A DNA stretch of 64,000 nt, from assembly GCA_030141605.1 (NCBI GenBank), contig JAQGDQ010000137.1:186001-250000 (forward strand), given 5' to 3'. The notes beneath the pieces were generated by a model. The model had not been told where the DNA came from and made no database searches. It was given only the letters and a program-made list of their open reading frames with translations. Of the stretch, positions 12,411 to 24,100 are shown piece by piece (positions within the stretch are counted from its first letter, which is position 1; each line of letters opens with the position of its first letter). A program made the position numbers and the translations under genes. The DNA comes from Tubiluchus corallicola. Its lineage: Eukaryota > Animalia > Priapulida.

Positions 12411-12617
12411 CTGTAAATTGTTATCCCGACAAAACTGCTCCAAGTGACTGATGTTATATCGGATTTGCATTCCTTTGCTCCAATGACACAAATCTTTGCG
12501 TAGTAACAGATCATTCAATGCCACTGAACATACAAAGTAATAGAGCTGTCTAAAGATCTGATTTACCAATTCCGGATCAACGGCATGAGTGGCAAACGTT
12601 TGATAGAAGAATGTAAT
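12411..12617 (-). CDS. MYO5: Myosin V exon v33 (DIL)
   Basis: ITFFYQTFATHAVDPELVNQIFRQLYY...LLLRKDLCHWSKGMQIRYNISHLEQFCRDNNLQ. Confidence 0.95.
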
Positions 12618-13161
12618 CTGAAAAAAATGAAAGGTGTCAAATTAACATTCTCGAATAAAATCAGACAGGAACGTAAATGTTGCAGAAATTTTGCGGTGTT
12701 TCATCTCACTTGAAACATTTTTAAACTATTACAATTATTTTAACATTTTCTTTACCATTACATATAATGAGATGTAATTTATGTCAAGAGGATTCTGCTA
12801 TTATGCAATCGCACATGATTGCTCCAAGTGTATCTTGACAAAATGTAGCAAAGTAAAATGAGAAGCCACACTCCTCATGAGAAACTGCAGTTTTCAACCT
12901 GTCTTCACTAGGAAACTAACCGTTTAAGTAATGAGAAACTGTACATATAAGCAAGAGGTTACTCTGTTCAACATTCACCTTAATTACATTGTCAAAGTGC
13001 TCTAAACTACAGTCTATTAAATTTGCTTAATTTTGTCATCTCTGTACCATTATAGTTGCCTACATGAAATTTAACTATTTATTTAACTTTTACTCGTACT
13101 ATTTCAGCAGTGGAAACTCAAAACATACATTTCTTGTGAAAAATGTGGCTTTTTTTGTCTC

Positions 13162-13164
<3 letters not shown>

Positions 13165-13190
<26 letters not shown>
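13165..13190. repeat. (TA)n microsatellite
   Basis: Uninterrupted TA run of about 13 units. Confidence 0.9.
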
Positions 13191-13192
<2 letters not shown>

Positions 13193-14335
13193 CATTGCCT
13201 TATACAGACTCTTAAGGCAAACTGCAGCTACGAAAGCTTTTGGGCTCTCTAAAGCATCTAAACACTATTATATTTGTATTAGTTGACAGATTAAAACCCC
13301 ACCCGTGTCAGATATTAAAAAACAAATCACAGAAGTGTCTATTTATAAGGAAGCAACATCAACAACACTTACAATCTTTTTGCAAGTGTATTTGTCATCA
13401 AATGTATGTGTCATAATCTAAGATAGAATTTAGTGTATGAGATGCATTACTGACACTACCATTTTTTAACTTGCAATTAATAGAATCAGTCACTTAATTA
13501 ACTCAGAAATGTCTGGTAATGGCCCACTCCTATTCAAATGTATATAATAACGGTTGGCAAAATTCTGCAACATTCACTCATTTTTTTGCTTTGGGTACTT
13601 AAATTAAGACACTCGTGTGTGATCAAAGAGCTTTCATTACTTTTATGTCATCTTTGCATCACATTCGTGCACTATAACATAATAACATGTGCAGAAATAA
13701 TCATGTTAAGTACCATTTTGTTTGTAAGCAAGTGTTATTTATCATGTGCTAATACGCTAGCATAGTGGTTTTCTTTGAATCTGTCATCTGTTCATCTGCT
13801 GCAATTAACATCGTTGTCCAAGAAACTGTGAAAACTAAACTTGTAATCACATGCCTCGCAGTTAATTTTTGAAGCGCATGCTTTCATAAAACGTTTTATC
13901 AGTTAACTCTTGCTGCTATGCCAACAATGCAATGGCAGTAAGCTGGCGGTATTCTTTGTGACTTTACAGTGTAAATATCACAGAGCAACTGAGAGCATGG
14001 AGTTAATTTTGAAAAATGTAGAAAAACATAGGCATAAAGACCTAATATTTTAAGTTCTTGCAGTCTTTGCAGTGCACACTAACCTGATAAGTGATGACTC
14101 ATACTTCTATACTAGTAATACTAGTAACACTCATCGGCCAAATAGATTCAGTTCATTAATTACGTCAAAATACTTTCATCCCAAAGTGAGTCTATTAAGC
14201 AGTACCACTGTATTATGAAGAAAATGAACTTTTTATGTCAGATAAAGAAAAGAAACTTCCTGTGTTTTTGTAAGATGGTAATTTTTTATTACAAACCCAG
14301 CAGCTGATGTGAATTTGAAAAATAGTGAACATCAC

Positions 14336-14463
14336 CTGTTTGATTAGTATTTCCATGGCATCTACTTGAGACTGAGATCCCAAATCTATACTTGACTGTC
14401 GATTCAACCCAGGCTGGGTTACAGAGAAACCTTTGATTTCTTCGTGCTCCAAAACGCCAGGTA
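14336..14463 (-). CDS. MYO5: Myosin V exon v32
   Basis: (I)PGVLEHEEIKGFSVTQPGLNRQSSIDLGSQSQVDAMEILIKQ; phase 1/0. Confidence 0.9.
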
Positions 14464-15107
14464 CTAATGAGATTACAATAATCAAATGCATTAGTTACCA
14501 AATACCATAAACACGATGAAACACAATCTGTGAAAAGTGTAAGCAAAAAAGCATATAAGCAGTATCCGAAATAAAGAAAGAAATGTCTTATGTAACAAAT
14601 TTGGACACTCTTACAAAAAACACATATTTGTAACACATAACACATACAAGTAGTTGGATGAATTAAGAGTTATACAACTTGGGATTGTTCGACTTTATGA
14701 TCCAACTACATCTTAATTAATTAGTTATACAAAATACTAGTAATAACGTGTATTTCCATCTTTTTAAACAAATTAATTTTAAATCGCTATCAAATTCATC
14801 TGTAGGTGTCGCCATATTTAGAGTGTGTAAACAATACACACACAAAGTTTTGTGTATAGGGGTGCATCACTTGAACATATTTGTCCGATTTGCGTCCAGG
14901 TCACCTGACGGTCAATTATCAGGGAAATGATTGTGGTCAAAAGTCTGCGACTACCTGTATTTGTAAGACGCCTATGTAAAATACCACAGCACATACTGAC
15001 AAAAAAATTGAAAAATACATACAGCTAATAGAATTTACACTGAGCTAATTAGTAATAATAAATGAAAACATTTAACACAAAAACATGAAGATTAGGAGAG
15101 AACTTAC

Positions 15108-15258
15108 TGATTGCCGCATGAACTTTTTCTTCAATGAATCGTATTGTTCCTTGATAAATATTCACGGCCATGTCACTGAGAATTTGACGATACTCAGACA
15201 GATCAAAGTTGCGTAGACACTGGTCATTCTGTTTAGGCGTGTTACTGTGTTGAAATGC
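15108..15258 (-). CDS. MYO5: Myosin V exon v31
   Basis: AFQHSNTPKQNDQCLRNFDLSEYRQILSDMAVNIYQGTIRFIEEKVHAAI; GTAAGT donor. Confidence 0.95.
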
Positions 15259-16555
15259 CTACAAGTGCGAAGATATAACGATTCAAGTACATAACACCAA
15301 TCATTAAAAAGAGAAGAAACATCTGTATTTATAGTAAAATAGTAGTGGTGAGGCACTGGCTACATTTTCATAATTGAAAATGGAATCTGAAATTCATTCG
15401 TATAATGGATTTTCGGGCTATTTTACGAGAAAGCAAGTGTACAAGAAAGGCACATGTTCACGTTAATAAGAAACGTTTGTGATTAAGTGGTGACACCATC
15501 ACGAGCTAGCATGCAAAGGCAACACCATGTTATTCGATTTTTCTACAATGACGACTAAGTTTATCTCACAGTTTTTGCAGATTTTCTGAAAAGTAATTTG
15601 AAAATGGTTCTTTAATACAATTGACATTGTATATCGATAATTGGAAATAAAAGCCCAAATTGATCATAATCGATTGATATAGTAAAAACTGTATTATTAA
15701 GATGGCAAAAGAGATACAAACTTTGCCTCCGGAGTTACTACATTAAGTAGATATTGCATTAAAGGTTTCCCTTATTTAGGCACAAAAATCCAAGTCTCTA
15801 TGAGTTTTAACACACATATGTAGAGCAAAGTCAAGGAAGAAAAATTTATCAGGAAGATAGAATGCATAAGACTTACAGGGACATGCCCCGAGATTACCGG
15901 AAAACAGTCCAATTTTGAAAGATACTTCATTGTGGAGAGCAGTAAAACAACATATGGCTTGGAAATAGAAGGTGGACAGTGTAATGTCATTGGACGATTA
16001 ATACATGCCATTTGATATACGAGAGTTTACATAGATTTGTAGATTATTGATGTCTCGGGTGAGTTCATATGATAACATTGTAAACAGTAAATCATAACAT
16101 AGTCTTTTATAACTCAAAGAGGTATTTGTTTTCTGGCAACCATATCACTGACTCAAGAACTTTACCAAAAATCTATATCTAAAAATTTATAATTGAAAAA
16201 CTATATGAGTTGGATACCAATAAAAGACAAGACAAATTATATTTCCATCACTGCTAGCAATTGTGTTAACGACAGAATATTTTTGAAAAAATGGATTTTG
16301 TCTTGGAGAGCTAAGCATACCGGCTTAATTGTCACCTTTAATACAGCACCTGATTGAAAATTTTTGCATTACTTTTAACAGGAAAGCAATATTACTAAAA
16401 AGGGTGGACTAAATAGAAAACTATGGTAATGTAAATAGCAATGTAATATAAATTATTTGACATTAGTATCTATGTTGATAAATTGCTGTATTATGTCACT
16501 TGCATTTAAACAGATTTAGTTTTTACTCCACTACAAATGTGTAAATTAACTTTAC

Positions 16556-16645
16556 CGTTTCTCCGCTATACTGTTTCAAATTGTGCAGCAGTCTACATGT
16601 ATTTGCCAGCCATAGTGTTGTACACTCAATATCATCACGCTTCTT
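16556..16645 (-). CDS. MYO5: Myosin V exon v30
   Basis: [30 protein letters not shown]. Confidence 0.95.
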
Positions 16646-17607
16646 CTGTAACATTAATAGATATATGAGATTTGAAAATTGACAGACATTATAATATGAT
16701 TAATAATTAACGTTTATTTAAAGGTATTTTACATGCGCTTTCTACTAGTTTAACCTCAGCAATGAAAGAAATAAAGTTTCAGTAATACACAAAACATTGT
16801 GCACGGGTCATAATTATGAAAAAACTAACAGTCAAATTTCAGCTTAAGTTTAATTATTTTTAAACTTTTCTACTTTTTGTGTAGTGTAAAGTCCATATAA
16901 ATATATGTTTGAATGCCATACAAGAAAAGATACATAAAGCTGATACTATTTATACTAAAGTGATAATTCAAAAAAAGCTAACTAATGCAAAAGTTTACAG
17001 GAAAAACTTAGCATAATTAAAAAATATGTAGAAGAAACTTATTTTATTACAAAATAGTTAACCAAGCCATTAGGAGGAAACAGTTCACTCCATATTAAAT
17101 TGAATTTTGAAATATGAGCATCACAGTGAAAATATCTATATTTCAGGCACAGTAATAACAATAAAATTCAATTTGGATGTAGACTCCAAAACTGTATTCA
17201 GTTGCATGCTTACAGTGAATAAACGAACTTTCAAAATTTTCGCAAGACAGATTCACTTAATTCAAATTTCCTACTAATTCATATCATTCAAGCACCAGTA
17301 GGCTACGGTGCAGACAAAAACATTCTTATAACATGCATCTCACTTAATCCATAGTGATCTTATAGGTCCCTAGACATACGACTCAATTTTCGTGTATTTT
17401 GCAAGTGACGAATGTAGGAACAGAGAAAACCAACCTGTACAGGTTTTACAGATAAACATGCTAACTTAGCCAATAAGGCATGGAGGCTAGCCTAAATATA
17501 CAAGGAAGTTTGACTTAGATGGTTAAAATTAGTATGTTGTAAAAGAAAAACAAATTGAAAGCAATCACTATGTTACAAAGAAATTAACAGAAATATCGAT
17601 TTCGTAC

Positions 17608-17759
17608 CTTAAACAATCGTTTGATGCTGTTGATTGTATTGGTAAGAAGTGACCTGACTTTGTCATCATCATTTATGTAATCGGTGTACCTGATGCACAT
17701 GAATATCATATATGCGGGAAGTCCAGGCAAGAACTGAGCTGCAACTTTAGGTCTTAGAT
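17608..17759 (-). CDS. MYO5: Myosin V exon v29
   Basis: DLRPKVAAQFLPGLPAYMIFMCIRYTDYINDDDKVRSLLTNTINSIKRLFK. Confidence 0.95.
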
Positions 17760-18402
17760 CTGAAACAGCACACCGACCAATGATCACCACCTTACACATC
17801 CAAATTATAACTAAGAAAAAAGCAGGAACAAGAACAAGAACAAGAAAACAAAGGCAAATGTAGTCTAGATACCTAAAATGAATTAATTGATCGTGATGAG
17901 ACAAAAATTATTGTTATAATAGAACATAATACATGTATAATGATCTGACTCCACAAACACCATGGCAACAATCACTAATCAAACCTACAACACAAGAACC
18001 ATGGATGTATTAGCAATTTCATGTACAAATAAAAATAATGTTTGACAATGAAACCTGAAAGTAAAACATAATTGTGTTTTCAATAACTTACAAACAAAAT
18101 GTTGGTTTTCAGCCAGGCTTACAAATGTACTTTGCTGATCCATATTTCAGCAGTGGCTTTAAGAAACTTCGCTTCTTTGTTTGCACTGCCATTGCAGGTA
18201 GAACTGCCACCATTAACGCAAAAAACTGCAGGCAAACATCAAATTGTACTAGCCCCCGAATTTATTACTAATCACTTTCTGCTTCTTGTGTTTTACTTTT
18301 TAATATATGTCAGCTCCAACAGTTTAATGAGCACAGACTGATAAATCATCACATGCCGTAAAAGACAGTTGGCACTCAGTGTAGGAAACTACTGCTACTC
18401 AC

Positions 18403-18561
18403 CACATATCACGTTTTTGATCAGGGTACTTTCGTCCTCCTTGCGGTACTCCAACATTCCCATGTATTCCACCTCCTTGTGTTTGACTATGGGCATGTTA
18501 CCCACCGGTGAGGACCGACCCCCTTGTACCTCCTGTAACTCTTCTAATGTTAGTTCGGAAC
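18403..18561 (-). CDS. MYO5: Myosin V exon v28 (start of globular tail)
   Basis: GSELTLEE...EYMGMLEYRKEDESTLIKNVIC; GTGAGT donor. Confidence 0.95.
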
Positions 18562-18851
18562 CTAAACGTAAAACGTATCTTTCAGCCATAACACTAAAAC
18601 AAAATACATTTATTTACATATTTCTAATATTGCAACCGTTTTACTCATAACATACTATCAAAAAGTAAATACATATACAATGTTTTGCTGTTGCTCAAGG
18701 CTAGATAAAGATTGACAGTATCAAGTTTGTAATATATAATATCTGTACAAAAAGTGTGTACACACATAACTTCAATATACAAACTAGCTTATCTTGCATA
18801 TGACAAAAGTTTAAACAAAACTAATATTCAAGAACACTCAAATACACACTG

Positions 18852-19445
18852 CAGGGTCGTCTATAAAAAAGTTTCCTCAAATCAACTTGTAACTCTTTAT
18901 CCTGCTAAAGGTATTCGTAACAGAGGGTACATCACTTTGTTGCCCCATTTCTCACTTTTGAGAAAGCTATAAATTCCTTTCAAGACCCCCAAATGCTGGT
19001 AGCCCAAGAGAATACTGCATAACACAAATATACACACACGCATATGCACGCACACTCACAAAACAAGCAAAACAAAACAAACGACAAGGAAGGTAATGGC
19101 CGAATGACCCGGAGATACCCATAACATTAAATCGTTAACATCGGACATCAAGTTTGCTCATTAACATGGGACATTTGTTTCTGTACGTGGTCTGGCAATG
19201 AGCAAAATGGCCAATTTTTAAAGTTTATTAAACACCATTTCTAGAGGAACACCAGGTAGAAAAAATGAAAAACGTCCTAGCAGCGCTTGGAAAAATGGAA
19301 AAAGTCCTAGGTGGTCTTAGAGGGAAATCTATTGCATTTTGGAAAGAGAAGAAACCGAGCTATACAAAGATGCGGATATCTTTAGCAGACGTCTCTAAAC
19401 AGAATGAAGAATTACCTCTAAGAGGACATTTTTTGGACGACCCTG
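18852..19445. mobile_element. Tc1/mariner-type MITE
   Basis: TIRs CAGGGTCGTCTATAAAAAAGTTTCCTC / GAGGACATTTTTTGGACGACCCTG, followed by TA at the right end. Confidence 0.75.
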
Positions 19446-19659
19446 TACATATTGTAATACTAAAACGTGTACAGGAAACAAATGTGTTAACACAAGGAAA
19501 CTGGAAAATGAACAAAAATTAAATGCAACAACGTAACAAAATCATCATTTGTGCATGCTATGTTCATTACACTAATCATCATAACTTCTTAAGTACACCA
19601 TTCATGCTTTTTGTGAATAAAACCATGCTAACTAGAATAGAGTATGAACCTAACCTTAC

Positions 19660-19701
19660 CACTAAATAGAAGAGCCAGTGACTCAGTGAATGAGAGAGTT
19701 C
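19660..19701 (-). CDS. MYO5: Putative alternative 42-nt myosin V cassette exon (GTLSFTESLALLFS)
   Basis: Long pyrimidine tract ending ...gttctcatag, GTAAGG donor, phase 1/1 matching the flanking exons, no stop codon. Confidence 0.65.
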
Positions 19702-20364
19702 CTATGAGAACATAAACAGCAAAGTGAAAAGACAGAGAAAAACTTCAGAACTTCCAATATCATTTGGAAATTTTATGATCACAAATATTTTTTATCAGCA
19801 CATTGGGATGCTTAGACTAGTGTTAATCACAAATGAGTTTTGCACAAACATTAAGTATATTGTACATGATCATTCTGGAATAATAGCTAAATTACAATGC
19901 AAATTCTTTTTGTCATGCTGAAGTGGATATAAAAATATGTAAATATATGTAAAAACAAACTTACTAAGGAATAGGAAGGCTAAATATACAACTAAATATT
20001 CAGTTAGAGTGTTAGTTGACCTAACATAAATTTATTATTATGATTTAAAAAACATTCATTTTATTAAAATTATTATATTATTTTTCGTACTAAAAGTCAT
20101 AAATACATACACACAAGGAATTAGATAAGACAGACAAAATTGACACAAAAACAGAAAAGTTAAGAGTTTAAAATTTAAAAATTTGTCTATAAAAAGACAC
20201 AATCATTTTCAAAATATTTTACATTGTTACATATACTTTAATATGAATTAATATTGTAATACAACACCACAACTTATAGTGATCTTGTAAATATCCATTT
20301 TATAACAATAAGAAAGTGGCACTATGGAAGTGAAAAAGCATCTTAAAAATGAATAACTACTCAC

Positions 20365-20458
20365 CGCCAGTAGCTTTAAGTTTTTTAGCATAAATCTTCA
20401 ACTGTTTCTTAAGCTTGTGATTCTGATCCTGAAGCATTTCTATCGTCTCATTCAAATC
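20365..20458 (-). CDS. MYO5: Myosin V exon v27
   Basis: DLNETIEMLQDQNHKLKKQLKIYAKKLKATG. Confidence 0.95.
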
Positions 20459-21178
20459 CTTAAGAAAATTACCACAGCAAAAATTTAATTAGCACGATCA
20501 ACTGTTACAGTAATAGTTAAGTCTTTGACCAATATGAACTTAACTATCAACTAAAAAATCTGTTACAGGAAATGTCTTTTTTAAACTGTTTTGCAGCTGT
20601 TTTCATTAAGTAGTTTTCAATTAAATATATAACGCGTTTAATCTCAGAAGCCTGCATTTTGTTATTAGTATGTGGTTTGACATAAATGTTAATAATCTAA
20701 TTATAAATTAGTTTTGATTCAGTAGACGTACATGTGAACACATAACACAAGCAAATATTTACAGTGCAGTATAAGTAAAATGTTTCAATAAAATACATAC
20801 TATATTGTATATTTCATAAAATAAGTCAGAACCACCAAGTCCAAAACAAAATTCTTTATTTTTCTCAGACACTTTCGTTAATGGACATTTTGACTTCTTT
20901 TACAACCATGACAAATGGTCAATTGACCATGACAAGCCTCAGAAGATCACTATTTATATTTCAAGCTAAATTATATGTTCTTATAAACTCTTAGATCTGT
21001 CAAAAATGTACTCCATCTCGCACCAGAGATGAGTATTTCAAGACAATGAACGTATATCATCTCCCTGTAACACCTGGTTTTACGTAAACTCTCTGCTACA
21101 GGTAAAAAATGTGCGTAGATTGAGTAGATTTTAACAATAAATAGAAGAACTCTTTAAAAAAACGAGTAAGAGACTCAC

Positions 21179-21256
21179 AATGTTATCTTCAGTAAGACGC
21201 TGCACTTCGTGTTGAATTTGATTGACGGTTTTCTCACCTTGGTTGAGTACTAACCG
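21179..21256 (-). CDS. MYO5: Myosin V exon v26
   Basis: RLVLNQGEKTVNQIQHEVQRLTEDNI; GTGAGT donor. Confidence 0.9.
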
Positions 21257-22143
21257 CTGCAGAAAAACATACAAAGCTTAAATTGCAAACCAGGTTAAGT
21301 GTGAATAAAAATATCAGTGTAAGTTCAGCCTCAGTGCTAGTTAAAACAACTTTAAAGTAATATAAGCAAAACAACAGATGCGAGAATCTATAGCTGTTGC
21401 ATAATTCATTATCTAAGAAACAAAATGAATTTGAATTGTGAAAGAACTTTTTCACGCACGTCTTTTTATATCATACAAGTTCAATGAGTCCAGTGAGCTA
21501 GTTAATGAAAAATTCAGTTACAGTATATTCAAAGAAGCCTTGTAAATGCAGTGTTACTAAGTAGCTTATATAAACAAAATTTCTACCCTCAGCATCACAT
21601 TTTTTTATTTTCCTTGCTAAAAATTCCCAAAACCACTTTTTTTGTAAGTAAATTTTTTTGTAATCTTTTACTTTAACAAAACTTTAATAAAATTCAAATT
21701 CTGTCAATTGATTTTAATTTTAAAATCATAAACTTATTAAATTTGTATGTGCACATTTTTGTAAAGCTACCATACCCTGATGTAAATCTTTTTACCTTTA
21801 CATAATGTAAACAAAATTTAAATTAAAAAAAATTTGATTTTACAAAACTTAATTATTCAAATCATTTTTGTTGGATCACATTCCTGTCACAAATATTATG
21901 AATTTAAGCAAGCATCTCAATATAGACATGAACAATTTGGTTTTTTACGTTCAAAATGCAGCAAATCTGACATTACCAAATTTACACTTGGCACTAAATA
22001 GTGTATTTCTAATACTAATTTACACTTAATAATTCAGTAATTTGATTCAATCTAGGTCCTTGTTAGCACCAGTAAACATGAAGACCTTGTTTTGCTAAAA
22101 TCTGTCACATCAAGAGCAGATTTAAATTTCTACAAAAGTTTAC

Positions 22144-22252
22144 CGCCGATATGATCTTCTGTTGTCGATCATTATCTTTAAGTAGCCGCTTGTTCTCATC
22201 CTTTAGCTCTTGACAGTTTTTCTTCTCCTTCTGCAATTGATTCTCCAGTAAC
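22144..22252 (-). CDS. MYO5: Myosin V exon v25
   Basis: (R)LLENQLQKEKKNCQELKDENKRLLKDNDRQQKIISA. Confidence 0.93.
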
Positions 22253-23192
22253 CTGAAACACAAACAAAAGCTGTTCATACATTTTAATTGATGTTATTCT
22301 ACCTGTCAACTATTCAAGGACAAATTACATTGCCAATCAAAAAATCAGGTCAGATTTTTCTCAACTTTCTTGATTTGATGTAAAGAATTGACCGAAGAAA
22401 ATTTTCAACTGAAATTAAAGATCTAACTCGTTCATTCTGGTGGTTAAAACAAAGAAGATGAAATCTCTTTTAAACTGTAATTTATGGTAATTACACATTT
22501 TACACTATTGTGTTTACAGGAAAAAGCAGGTAAACTTGCAGATAGGGACAACTCTGTAGCAAAAAGCCCCTAAGCTCTTTATAGAGCTACCCAAGTCACG
22601 TGTGTTTTGAGCCAACCTCAGGTGACAGAATAGCGCATCCCAAGGCAACAACCTGGATGAAAACTACATCAAGTGATAATAATATAGTAGCGTCAATTTA
22701 CTGACTTACTCCCAAAAATTGCAAGAAAACGTTTTTTGGTGTTTTCTTGTAGCATTTGGACAAGAGAATAGCATACATAAATTAGGCCGAAATATGAGCT
22801 GTGCAAAGGAAGTAATTATGATGTCAAAGATATGGCCGTCATTTGACCAAAATGAAAGGATATTTAGTCTACCAGAATGGTGAAAAAATGCTCATTTTGA
22901 TTCAAAAGCAATTAACTTTGCACAGTGCTAGAGCTCAAAAGGTGATTAATTTTGATTATGGAGTCAATCGAAATTCGTTCAATATGGCAGCACTTTCCAA
23001 GATGGCCAACTACATAGCTGATAAGAGTTATATTTTAGCTATCAGAGGCGTATACAGGATAATGATTTTGGTCTCTAAAATAGGTTTCCAAGATCAAGGA
23101 ATCCACATCTGATGCTTAAATGCCTCTATAACATCACCACACTTCAAAACGGCTGCAGATGTTCCACAAAATGATGGAACTGCTCATATTAA

Positions 23193-23641
23193 GCAGAACT
23201 ACTGGGACCAGACACTGATCCCTAGCCTAAACTTTACCATCATCATTTGTTGGCAATGGAAAGTATTGTTTGTACCATAGATGTTTAGATAGGTTAAAAT
23301 GAAATGACTAAATAGATTTTAATAAGTATGTAGTTGTTATTATTATAAATAATAATAGAGAGGTTTTAATGATAATATTATTTCTAAACTCGCATTCTAA
23401 AACCACGTCCACCGTCATATTTACAAGGTGCAAACAATACTTGCTTGGACACAACTACATCTGCCACAACACCATTTCGCTTTCTGGCAAAAAGATTTAA
23501 TTAGTTGACACTTTTTTGATGCTTTAGAATGCAAAATGCAGTGTGATTTTCTTGTCATTTCAGTAAAACTTTTCCAGCCTGAGTCAAATAGTGAGAGTAA
23601 AGTTTAGGGCAGGAATCAGTGCCTGGTGCCAACAGTTCTGC
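23193..23641. mobile_element. TTAA-flanked MITE with ~45-bp TIRs
   Basis: Left end GCAGAACTACTGGGACCAGACACTGATCCCTAGCCTAAACTTTAC; reverse complement of the right end GCAGAACTGTTGGCACCAGGCACTGATTCCTGCCCTAAACTTTAC. TTAA on both sides. Confidence 0.85.
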
Positions 23642-24100
23642 TTAAGGTGCATCCTGTTCGGTATGCATGAAAACTCCAGAAGTTTATACCTGTGTATGTA
23701 GTGGAGGTTTACCAAAGGAAATTTGCCAAAGTTGCATAATTACTGTTACAGTCTGTATATTACAGGCCTAATAATTTAAAAACTTAAAAGGGTTTGGAAA
23801 ATAAAGTATGGGCTTACACTATTATGTCCAAATAATGTTGACTAAAAAGACACCCATCCAAACATACATCTTTGGCTAAATTATCTGTGCAAAAGACATT
23901 CTCATGCGTAGATGTATCAGCATTCCAATGTATCAACGGATTAGTTTTAAATATGTTTGTAGCACAAACAGTACTTTCAGAGTCAATGCGAGTAATACTT
24001 CCCATTGTGTTAGCACATAGCTGCTTATAACCATTAACAAACATCAGAATTAAACAAGCCATTGAAAGGTGAATTAGACAGGAGTTACTTTACTGACACC

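Noticed and set aside
14499-14527. Strong acceptor upstream of exon v32
   Set aside because: The resulting 22- or 29-nt exon, or 64-nt extension, is not frame-preserving.
15770-16150. Possible LINE RT C-terminal relic (YLG..I, YGLEI)
   Set aside because: Too degraded to support by eye.
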